In this document: piece after piece, positions 1-12,800 of the stretch
Position numbering within the stretch: position 1 is the first letter of the stretch
Layout: each line of letters begins with the position of its first letter
From: Lingula anatina
Lineage: Eukaryota > Animalia > Brachiopoda
Direction: 5' to 3'
Assembly: GCA_051362555.1 (NCBI GenBank)
Contig: CM120646.1
Coordinates: 2,790,001-2,854,000, forward strand
Length of the DNA stretch: 64,000 nt
Made by a program: the position numbers and the translations under genes
The notes under the pieces: model-generated
The model's input: the letters and a program-made list of their open reading frames with translations, nothing else
What the model was told of the DNA's origin: nothing
Databases searched by the model: none

Positions 1-865
1 TAATTTCATCCCCCCCTTTTATTTCTTACTGTATAACTCATTGCCATCTATCAACGTCGAGTTTCTGCTTAATCTTAGATTTTTTTCATATAATTCACAC
101 AATTTACATTTGGTTTGAGACGCAGGATGTATAAATCAATTCATGTAAAAAGCATAGCATTTTGTAACTGAACATCATAATACTATCCAGATATCTATTA
201 TTAAAATGTTTTATTTTCTAAAAGTAATACACGTTTCTTATGGCCACGCGTCCCTATAACGAATTTTATATAATATTCTTTATTAGAAAAGTTACTGTCT
301 TCTCTACATACAGACCTAAGCAACAGAAAAATGTACATGGATTGGACGTTGCAAGTCCTTACAATTTACACAAGTGAGACCAATGTCGAACCCAGTATGC
401 AGTTCGGCAATTAATGAATTAATTAAATAATGGTAAGAAACTGCTCTTTTAAAACCTGAACAGTGAGAAAGTCATTTCAAGATCCTACTCACTCTTCTTC
501 AAATGACCTAGGCCAATCCTTCATACGTGGTATATGTAAACAATATCTTCATTGTCAAAAATAAATATATCATAACAATAATAATCTTCCAAAGCAACAG
601 TACGGATTGCTTCATCAAAACCTTTACATGCAACGTTCCCATGGTTTAGTCTCAGGTTGTCATGGGAAAATAACTTAGCGTGACCCCGTTGCCATGGAGA
701 TGACCTTAAAAAATCCTCTCTCACGTGTCAGCTATGGTCACGTCAGTATGTCAATATTTTTCTCTGCTTATTTGTCCTGTTTGTTGAGCTTAATTCCGTA
801 ACAGCAGGACTACATCACGTTTACCAAGTTCTTCAAGTTGTTTTCTCTCTAATTCAGCTGCCAGT

Positions 866-3800
866 TTATGGTTCTACTTCATCTATGTCTAACGCAGAGA
901 AGACGTTGCCGTCACTGAAATCCTGTAAGTATACGAATGAAGGAAGTTTCATTATAAACAATTTTCAACATGAAGGCACAGGAAAGGAGGAGCGTTAGTG
1001 AATGGTGGACCCCCCTCCCAAATCCCCGGACGATCTACACTTTCTCTCTCTCTCTCATTAGTCATTTTTTTACCTCTCTGATCTCTGATGTCTTACCCTT
1101 TGCGTCTTTTCCTCAAACTTTGGCATCTCGTCTATCGACCTGGGCATGGGTCGTTCCCTGGTTCCTCTGCCTCTCCCCCGGGGGCCTCCACGACCTCTGT
1201 CACTGTAGCCCCGCCCACGGCCTCTTTCTGCGGAATCACCACGCCTCTGTCCCCAGTGTGAGCCACCAAAACCACGCTCCTCTCCCTCTGAAATGGGGTA
1301 AGCAACTTATCACAATCTACGGATTAAGGCAAACACCGGCAGCAAAGATATTTTTTAAAATTACATCACAGTGTTTAAAGTAAAAAGTATAAATTCTATT
1401 TATTAACTCTCTATCCAGGAAACTTATAAAAAGAAAATGAGCAAGATGTTTTAGCCTTTTGAGAGACATGTATAACTGTGATACTGGACGGTCCTTACAT
1501 TTGCAAATGACCTATGCTGCAGTTCCAACCTAAAGTAAGTTTTAATGTCAGAGTTATACACAGATCTCACTCTTATTCTACCGGATGACTAAAAGCATTC
1601 ACTGATTTATACTTTCTCTTTTGGAAGCGGAGTTGACCAAAAATATTTTAAAGAAGTGATATCATTCATTACCTTTCTTATACTGCTGATTCTGTGGTCC
1701 GTTCTGCTGTCTTTTGGTATCATTCATAGCGGGACGTCCAGCAGACCAGGCGTTAGGGGGAGGACCAGCGGCTGGTTTAGACTCAGAGGCCTGGAATAAA
1801 ACAGGAGTGATAGTGCCATTTAGTGAAAAAAGTCTGGAAATATGGCCTTGGGGTTTAGAACACCCTCTGCAGCGATCTCGAATATAATACTTTTGGCACC
1901 CAAAAAGATAGAAATCTGAGGATAATCTGAAAAATCTCAACTGATGAAAATAGAAGTTAATTGCTGGATGATACCTGTTTTTATTTGTAACTGGTATGTC
2001 CCCAAATCCTCAAAAGTAACAGAAAACTAAAAAGAAATACAAAAGTAATCATGACTCATGATCATATAAATCATGATCAAAATTGAATCTGTAGGTAACC
2101 ATACCGTTGCTTTAGATCTGTCAGCATAAGATTCATTAGCTTCCACTCTCCTAGGTGGCGCTGCCTGCCTGTCGTCTGCTGACGGTGGCGACTGCTGACT
2201 GGGACCCTGGGCAGGTGGCTCCCCCTGGGAGGCCTGTTTTCGTTTCTCCCAAATATTAACAGAAGGAGGGGGTGCTGGGGACACCTAGAACAGATATCAA
2301 AATAGTTAGACCTATTTTTTTTTTTCACACATGAAAAAGGATGAAAAATGTTCTGAAAGAGGTAAAACTTCCAACCCTCCCTGAGTCACTTTTTAGGCAT
2401 ACAGAAAAAAAGTACTTGAATGAATCATGGATGAGCTTGCCATTTAGTGAAAAAGTCTTGCCTTGGAGAGAAGGGGGGCCCTGCACTGATTTCAAAAATG
2501 ATATTTCTTGCTAAAAAAGTTTTAATCTTCTGATAGTTGAATAAATCTCTGATCAATAAAGATTCATTCTTAATTGTAATAGCAATTTTTTTTAAATTCT
2601 AGAATGTAGACTAAATTTGAAAACAATAAATGAACAAAAAATAAATTTAAAAATATCACAATACCAACCTTCACCTCCTCCTTTTTAGTAGGAGACTGTG
2701 GACTTTGTACAGGTTTACTCTCCTCCGTCACCTCCTGGTCATGACGGTCCGACTCCGACCCCTCTCGGCTACCTCTGTCCTGCCTGGCCCTGGGGGGTCC
2801 CTGGGAGCGGGGCATGCCTGAATAATTGACAGGTTGGAGATTATGCTGGTGATTGACTGGCCACATGATGGTGGCAAGGTAAGGTGGGTGCGGGTGTGCG
2901 TGCATGCACTAGAGAGAGCGTGTAGGAATGCATTTGTCATTACTATTGTGTGTGTGTGTGTGTGTGTGTGCGTGTGCGTGTCAGCTAGCATGCATGTGCC
3001 TGAACATGTGGGTGTATCTAGATGGAGGGACACGTAAAGGCACATCAACTATTGCAAATACATAAGGTTTCTTTTTCAGCTACATATTATTTCAATTATT
3101 GGTAGTTCAGCTTTGTTGACATTAACCTTCATAAAACATGACCATACTTCACAGCACTGTACTCCTAAAAGCGAGCTCAAAGCAGTAGGTTTTAACAAGT
3201 GCAAAGACACATCTGGTTTAATAGTCAAACATCATAAAATGAAATTATTCAATTACAACTTATCCCAGCACAAGCTATTATCTCTTTGTGTAGGACCAAA
3301 ATCAAGGTTAAGCCAGTAAAGATAAATGACATTGGCAAAAGAAGCAAACTTTCAGACCGATCATTATAATTTCAAAGTGATCACATTTTAAAAATTTTTC
3401 ATAGCTGTCATTCAATTTAATTCATACCCATTCTTTATCTTCTTATATTTTTTAATAAAAGCCAATAAAAGTGCAGTATAATAAAGAACAGTGCAGCAAA
3501 AAAATCAATTATGTACAATGACGAACTAAATAATTAAAATGTATGCACATAAATTAAGATTAAAGAATAGGAATGGACCAAAAGCACAGAGGAGGCATAA
3601 AACTAAACAGGCAGGAACTCGTGTAGAAATGCTGTAGCCAACGCAACCTTTGCACAACAGAGAACTTAGAACACAGCAAACACTGTATATTAATCAATAA
3701 AAGAGAGGTAAAGCTTTCGTGAAAACACACTAAAAATTAAAAATTATAACAAACATGTGAACAGAGAAATAATACAAAAAAAAATTGGCACAGAACATTG

Positions 3801-6800
3801 CCAAAAAAACTACTTCATTCACGGTATTTGTGCAAATAAAAAACACAAGGTGCAAAATTTCCCCTCCTGCTCTCCCCTACAACTTCCTGGTCCACCCCTA
3901 CCTGGCCTTGGGCCACCTTTCGATGACGAGGACCCTGAGCTCAGCTTTCTCTCTCGCCGTTTATATTCCCTATATTCCCTACCATCTCTTCCGCTATCGG
4001 AATTTTCACTGTCCCTTCGTCTGTGCCCCCCGTCGTGACTGCTTCTTCTTTCTTCATGCCTGAAAAATTGAACAGTTGTGATAACAAGGCAGCAAAGCTG
4101 TCAAATGTACAGACAAAAAGCAGGAAATAACAAAATAGGCTACTGTCAATTCTGATGTAAAAGTACATTATGTTAAACTGCAAATTCAACATCAAATTTT
4201 AATTATGCTCAACAGGTAATACCAATGTAAGTAAAATGTGTAACAAGCATAAGGCTTCAGGCCCATGGGAGTTCAAGTTCACACTTTGAAAATGTAAAAC
4301 TTCCAGAAAAAGAAGTCAATTAGACTGCTTTTCTAACTCGAGCTGCATTTTAGTCCTGTGTTTCTTTTTTAAATGTTTGACAATCATAAGTAATATGGTT
4401 TTCCCATGATGGTCATCATGGCAGCAATACCCAAAATTGTGTTTTCTTCTATTTTGATGCAATATTTCATAATGCTTAACAGCATAAAGACCATCAGTTT
4501 TTAATAATAAAATATACCTATCGTGGATTTTCAGAAAATGTGACTAGCATGGGTCTTCAAGCCCAAGGTGGTTCTAAGTCACACCTTGAAATTGCCAATA
4601 TGTGAAAAATTAAATTTTCACAAAAAACTGATTAACTGCCAGAAAAATTTACCAAATAGACTGCACTGCCTAATGAAACTGTATTTTAGTCCCATGTTTC
4701 TTTCCTGCAAGTTTGAGAACAGTAAGTGACATAGTTTTCCTTAAATGGTCATCAAGGAAGCAGTGTTCAAAATAGGGGTTTCTTCAAATTTTGATGCAAT
4801 ATTACATAATGTTTAACAGGATAATAACCATCAATTTTTAATAATAAAATATTAGTATCATGGATATTCAGAAAATGTGACTAGTAAAGGTCTTCAGGCC
4901 CATGGAACTTCAAAGTCACAACTTGAAAATGCCAAAATGTAGACAAGACAGTACTGTCCTGAAATGCTTATTTTTCCATTTTTAACAATTTTTTAACATA
5001 TAACAAAATTAACACTTTACTGCCATTTTTATATGATCAACTAAGAAAATTGATGAGATGGGAAAAATATCAATAGAACAGTGTTTAATGTCCAATTTCC
5101 TCCATTCTGAGTTTCTGAACATAGTGAATGAATGAATGAATCTGACAAACTGCAATGATAAGAGTTTATTTCCATTTTTGAAACTCTATTATACAATACA
5201 TGATAACAAGCTTACCATCATTTTTACATAATCAACTAACAATGTTGTAAAGATGCAGGAAATGTTAAACAAAGACTTTTACGTATCTTATTAGTTAAAT
5301 AATGAGACTGTTAACATGCCTAAGAATTGAATCTGAGGAAATGTGAAACAAGACAGTACTGTTATGAAATGCGTTTATTTCCATTTTTAACACTTTTTTA
5401 ACATAAAACAAAATTAACAGTTTACTGCCATTTTTATGTGATCAACTAAGAAAGTTGATGAGATGTGAAAAATATCAATAGAACAGTGTCAAATGTCCAA
5501 TTTCCTCCATTCTTAGTTTCTGAACATAATGAATGATTGAATCTTACAAACTGCAATAATAGGAGTTTATTTCCATTTTTGACACTTTATTACACAATAC
5601 ACGATAACAAGTTTACCATCATTTTTACATAATCAACTAACAATGTTGTAAAGATGCAGGAAATGTCAAACAAACACTTTTACATATCTTATTAGTTAAA
5701 TAATGAGACTGTTAACATGCCTAAGAATTGAATCTGAGGAAATGTGAAACAAGACAGTACTGTTATGAAATGTGTTTATTTCCATTTTTAACACTTTTTT
5801 AACATAAAACCAAATTAACAGTTTACTGCCATTTTTATATGATCAACTAAGAAAGTTGATGAGATGTGAAAAATATCAATAGAACAGTGTCAAATGTCCA
5901 ATTTCCTCCATTCTGAGTTTCTGAACATAATGAATGATTGAATCTTACAAACTGCAATAATATGAGTTTATTTCCATTTTTGACACTTAATTACACAATA
6001 CACGAAAACAAGTTTTCCATCATTTTTACATAATCAACTAACAATGTTGTAAAGATGCAGGAAATGTCAAACAAACACTTTTACGTATCTTACTTATTAA
6101 ATAATGAGACTGTTAACATGCCTAAGAATTGAATCTGAAGAAATGTGAAAAAACAGCATAACTTATAAAATAATGGCCCGATTATGCTGATTTTCGAACT
6201 TGACCTGCGTTTTAGTAAGATTGATTACTCCTGTGAGTTTCATGACAACAGGCCTATCAGTTTTCTTTGAAATGTGTTAACAGTGTTGCATATATGCTGA
6301 AAAGTGAAAAAACAGCATAACTACTACAATGGTGGCCCGATCATGCCGATTTTCGAACTTGACCTGCGTTTTAGTAAGATTGATTACTCCTGTGAGTTTC
6401 ATGACAACAGGCCTATCGGTTTTCTTTGAAATGTGTTAACAGTGTTGCATATATGCTGAAAAGTGAAAAAACAGCATAAATTCTACAATAATGGCCCGAT
6501 CATGCTGATTTTTGAACTTGACCTGCGTTTTATGAATATTCATCAGCTCTGTAAATATAAAGCCATAAAGTAAAACTGTCTTCCACTTATGGTGTTAACG
6601 CTGAAAGTGCACGGCGACGGCGACGGCGACATCGACATGAACGGCGACGACAGACGCAGGTGATGGCAATATGTACAGACACATCTGTGTCTGTACATAA
6701 AAAAAGAGCTTACTTTTTAATTTCAATGAATGACATCTTAAGGATGAAAGGACACTCCAAAAACAAGTGGGGACTTTTTCTCGATTTTCTAAAATGTTCA

Positions 6801-9800
6801 TGACTAATTCATTCAATATCTCTTACATACTTAAGGGAGGGGAGGGGGGGTTGACAAGGAAAAAATCTTTCAACAAACAAATGTATTCAACTGTGACTAA
6901 TTTTTAAACAATTCACATTTGGAAACCTTCAAACTTTTAAATTAAATAAACAAGAACCTGTCTCTCCGCTGCTCCTCCTCGGCAGGTTTGGCCAGTTCAT
7001 GCTGTTTCTGAAGACGTTCCTCAATCTCTCGTTCTTTAGCAGCAGTGTTCACAGGCTTCGCGCCTCCAAATATTGAAGAGCTCTGCTGAGCTGGTTTTTC
7101 CTCCGCCTCCACTGGCTTGGTTCTGGGTTGGAGAACGAGGCGTTTTCTTTCTGCTGGAGCTTCTGCAGATGAAGGTAAGAAAGGTAATATTTAGTGTTTC
7201 CCTAGGTTAATAAAATTACCAAGCCGAGGCCTTGATTACTGAAGACAAAATAGTCTGGAATAAAAACAGAGTACACCCCTCTGCCCTGCAAAACAAAATG
7301 TTCTGTATTATGAGCCTTTGAATAGTTATGTCTATATGAATACCACAGCATGTATCTTAACCATGTCCTTTCATCTATTATGATTGTAGAGATCATTACC
7401 CCCTCCCTTGCTACAAAACATTTTCATCAGTTGTAAACTTCAAAATAACAGTGCACCACTCAATAAACTGTTGCTTCACGCGTGCACGCATACACAACAT
7501 GTGCATGCAGATCTAACCTTCTGCGGCGGGAGCTCGCTCTTCTGATGGCAGGGGCGCTGAGCGAGGCTGGAGTTTCATACGGGGTCTGTCACCAGGCGGG
7601 GCGTCAGCAGAGTCTGGGGATTATATAGAGGGGGATAAGGGCAAAGTGCCCAGGGTGAGGGCATGGCTTGACTCTGATTGGTTCATTAATAAGGGGCCTA
7701 AGTATATGAACTACAGGGGGGATGTTTCTCAAAGAAATCAAGAGGCTGCCAGCAATTGTTTTTATATGATTGTTAATTAAATTCCATTTCAATGATTCAT
7801 CAATAATAATTTTCTTGGCAATTATTTGAATAAAAACTCAAGCAAAAAATGAAAAAATAAATATTGATAATAAAAATATTTAAATAAAAAAAAAAAAAAC
7901 AAAAAAATAAATAATATATAAATAAAGGTTAAAAATAATTTACTTTTTTTCTTTTTTAAATGAAGATCAAAGTGCAGATGACTTGTTAAAATAAAATTTT
8001 TATCACGAAGCTTTGAGTTGATCTTACAACATATATACAGGCACTCACCTCTCTCTGGTTCTCTGTCATCACGCTGATATCTGCTTAATGAATAAAAATA
8101 AAATATAAATAAAACAGAATTTTACAATCTTACTTTGAAGCATCATATATGGTCTGATTTTACCACCATTACTATTTTTTTTTAATGAACATGATTATTG
8201 CCACAACCAACATGATCATTTTTTTTGTTACAAACAAGTGACAAAATGCCACTGACCATTCTAATTTTTTAAACTATTTATTTTTCAGCCAAACTGCACA
8301 CCATCACAAGAAATAACAAGGCAGCAAAGCTGTCAAATGTACAGACAAAAAACAGGAAATAACTATGCACAAAATAGGCTACTGTCAATTCTGATGCAAA
8401 AGTACATTATGTTAAACTGCAAATTCAACATCAAATTTTAATGATTGAATCTGATAAACTGCAATGATATGAGTTTATTTCCATTTTTGAAACTTTATTA
8501 CACAATACACGATAACAAGTTTACCATCATTTTTACATAATCAACTAATAATGTTGTAAAGATGCAGGAAATGCCAAACAAACACTTTTACGTATCTTAT
8601 TAGTTCAATAATGAAACTGTTAACATGCCTAAGAAATGAATCTGAGGAAATGTGAAAAAACGGCATTTCTTTAAAATAATGCCCCGATTATGCTGATTTT
8701 TGAACTCAACCTGCATTTTAGTAAGATTGACCACTCCTGTGAGTTTAATGACAATTGGCCCATCTGTTTTTCTTATATTGTGTTTACAGTGTTGCATATA
8801 TGCTGAAAAATGAAAAAAACAGCATAACTACTAAAACAGTGGCCCGATCTTGCTGATTTTCGAACTTGACCTGCGTTTTCAAAAGACTGATTACTCCTGT
8901 GAGTTTCATGACAACAGGCCTAACGGTTTTCCTTAAAATGTGTTTTCAGTGTTGCATATATGCTGAAAAGTTAAAAAAACAGCATAACTTCCCTTAAAAT
9001 GGCCCGATCATGCTGATTTTCGAACTTGACCTGCGTTTTATGAATATTCATCAGCTCTGTAAATATACAGCCAAAAAGTAAAACTGCCTTCCACTTATCA
9101 TGTTTACAATGAAAGTGCACGGCGCCAGCGCCGGCGACAGTGACGGCGACGACGGCAGATACAGGTGATGGCAATATGTACAGACACATCTGTACATATT
9201 TACTGTACTGTTTGAGAACAGTAAGTGACATTGTTTTTCTTAAATGGTCATCATGGGAGCAGTGCCCAAAATAGGTTTTTTTTCAAATTTTGATACAATA
9301 TTACATAATGTTTAACAGCATAATGACCATCAATTTTAATAATAAAATATTAGTATCACGGATATTCAGAAAATGTGACTAGCAAAGGTCTTCAGGCCCA
9401 TGGAACTTCAAAGTCACAACTTGAAAATGCCAAAATGTAAACAAGACAGCACTGTTCTGAAATGTTTTTTTTTTTCCATTTTTAACAATTTTTTTAACAT
9501 AAAACAAAATTAACAGGTTACTGCCATCTTTATATGATCAACTAAGAAAATTGATGAGATGGGAAAAATATAAATACAACAGTGTTAAATGTCCAATTTC
9601 CTCCATTCTGAGATTCTAAACATAGTGAATGATTGCATCTGACAAACTGCAATGATATGAGTTTATTTCCATTTTTGAAACTTTATTACACAATACATTA
9701 TAACAAGTTTACCATCAGTTTTACATAATCAACTAATAATGTTGTAAAGATACAGAAAATGTCAACCAAACACTTTAACATGTCTTATTAGTTAAATAAT

Positions 9801-12800
9801 GAGACTGTTAACATGCCTAAGAATTGAATCTGAGGAAATGTGAAACAAGACAGCACTGTTCTGACATGGGTTTATTTCCATTTTTAACACTTTTTTTAAC
9901 ATAAAACAAAATAAACAGTTTACTGCAATTTTTATATGATCAACTAAGAAAATTGATGAGATGGGGAAAATATCAATAGAATAGTGTTAAATGTCTAATT
10001 TCCTCCATTCTGAGATTCTGAACATAGTGAATGATTAAATCTGACAAACTGCAATGATATGAGTTTATTTCCATTTTTGACACTTTATTACACAATACAC
10101 GATACCAAGTTTACCATCATTTTTACATAATCAACTAACAATGTTGTAAAGATGCAGGAAATGTCAAACAAACACTTTTACGTATCTTATTAGTTCAATA
10201 ATGAGATTGTTAACATGCCTAAGAGTTGAATCTGAGGAAATGTGAAAAAACAGCATAACTTCTAAAATAATGCCCCGATTATGCTGATTTTTGAACTCAA
10301 CCTGCATTTTAGTAAGATTGACCACTCCTGTGAGTTTAATGACAATTGGCCTATCTGTTTTTCTTATATTGTGTTTACAGTGTTGCATATATGCTGAAAA
10401 ATGAAAAAAACAGCATAACTACTAAAACAGTGGCCCGATCTTGCTGATTTTCGAACTTGACCTGCGTTTTCAAAACACTGATTACTCCTGTGAGTTTCAT
10501 GACAACAGGCCTAACGGTTTTCCTTAAAATGTGTTTACAGGATTGCATATATGCTGAAAAAAGTGAAAAAACGGCATAACTTCCCTTAAAATGGCCCGAT
10601 CATGCTGATTTTCGAACTTGACCTGCGTTTTATGAATATTCATCAGCTCTGTAAATATTAAGCCAAAAAGTAAAACTGCCCTCCACTTATCGTGTTTACA
10701 AGGAAAGTGCACGGCGCCGGCGACGGCATCGGCATCGGCATCGGCATCGGCATCGGCGACGACAGACGCAGGTGATGGCAATATGTACAGACACATCTGT
10801 GTCTGTACATAAAAACTGGGGACATTTACCTGTCAGAATAGCCATCTCTGGACCTAGGACCACCGCCATAACCTCCTCCCCTCTCATCTCTGTTATAATT
10901 TGAAAACCCGCGGCCACCCTCTCTTCCACCACCATAGCCTAGAAATACGGGAATTGAAAATTATGCAATTTGTAAAACACATACTTCTTTTTATGGATTA
11001 TCTGTTCATTAATTGATAAAAAGTGATGCTCAGGAAGCTGTTGGGACTATTGATTACTTTCAAAGAGTTACTTTTCCTTACACGTGGAAATCTGATTTGA
11101 CAAAAAAAATTTGAGAAGAAAAGCAAACAATGTTAAGCAGTGCCTCACCTCTGTCTCTGTCACCATATCCATCTCTTCCTCCGTACCCCCCTCCTCCACG
11201 CTCTCTGTCGCCATACCCCCCACTCCTATGTCCATAGTCTCCATTTCTATCACCATAACGATCTCCATAGCGATCACCACCTCTGTCACCATAGCGATCT
11301 CCACCTCTGTCCCCATAGCGATCTCCACCTCTGTCACCATAGCGATCTCCACCTCTGTCACCATAGCGATCACCACCTCTGTCACCATAGCGATCACCTC
11401 CATAGCGATCACCTCCTCTGTCACCATAGCGATCTCCTCCATAACGATCACCACCTCGGTCACCATAGCGATCACTGTATCTATCACCAGGTCGGTCATC
11501 TCGGCTTCCATAGCCTCCAGATCTTCCATAACCACTGTCTCTATCTGAAATGGTCAACGCAATACTAGCAAAAATATTTCACTACTTTCTCCATTGAATA
11601 CAGTATTAGGCACCTCTGCACAAACCTGCCAATATTATGTCTCCAAAATAACCAATGAACTGTAAGGCTAAGAAATCAAATGCAGGACCAAGGAACGAAA
11701 TCAAAATTCGTTTCACCTTAAAATTAACTTTGGGTAATGCGGAGTGTTTAAAGGATTTATGGAAGACAAGGAATGGAATAAATACTTCTTCAAGCTCCTC
11801 TGACACTTATAAAGTTATAAAGATGAGAGAAGTAGTTTAACAATGTCACATTCCAAATAACTCAAGTAGAAAAATCTGTGTTGGACCAAGCACATACTTT
11901 TGTATAAGAAGGATGGATCACACAAATTCAATCACCGCATGCAATCACAACAATTTCAATCAAATTTTTTATAGCACAGACTTCCAAGCAGTTTCAATCA
12001 TACTTCATGGGTTAATTACTTATGCCAAATTTTTCATACATGAGCTTCACATTACATCTTGCTAAGATTCTTCAATTTCAAGCCTTCAAACATGCACTCT
12101 AACATTCTGCGTCAAGCTTGCCTGGAGTTAGTACACCAATCACAAACACACGTCTTAAGACGAGCTATCTAAATTTTGTTGTCAGGTAGAAGAGCACTTT
12201 CACATCATCAGCAGACTCATCTTACGTTATTGACTGACGTGTAAAATAAACTTAAAATCAAACATTTGCTTATATTGACACATGAAAAGGGGTCATGTTT
12301 GAAAATTTGAAAAAAGTAAAAAAAAAGTCCAAGTGGGTTCTGATATTCAGACAGACAATTGCTTCCCCTTTGAACACTTTTTTTCCAGAAAAAAACACAC
12401 AATGATAAATGTTTTATTCAAGCAAACCCAGATATATTGTATAAATGTCAAAAAAGTTAACTTGATTAGTACCGAATACATGCAAAATACATTCTGTAGA
12501 TCTGGCTTTGGCGCAAAGAAGCTATCCAAATTTAACTCAGGAATCCTATACAACCCTGAACGAAAGAGCCTTTGACAGAAATAATATCAGTTCAAAATGA
12601 GGCCATTTTTTTCAACTGTTTGTCTGTTTATTACATGTATACAGCATAACATTTCATCAACAAATCCAGCTGTTCTTCTATAATTCAAAATGGAATCCAT
12701 ATTATATTCCAGGTGCAATGAATTATGGGTATGGCACACATCAAAACATGCTCAAATACAATCTCTACTGTTAATGAGCAATCACATAAATGTTTTAGGT

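Noticed and set aside
2818-2908. Upstream extension of the eIF4B exon (MHAHPHPPY...) from an AG at 2909/2910
   Set aside because: Using this acceptor adds 91 nt, shifts frame and hits a stop. The acceptor at 2818/2819 fits the phase.
8600-10796. Repeated short ORFs ([12 protein letters not shown]..., [11 protein letters not shown]...) that look like a small paralogous gene family
   Set aside because: They are translations of the repeated units of the non-autonomous HINE copies, with no gene structure.
11068-11568. Overlapping long ORFs in other frames and on the plus strand (MVMEDLEAM..., His-rich and Ser/Thr-rich)
   Set aside because: Shadow frames of the stop-poor DRYG coding repeat.
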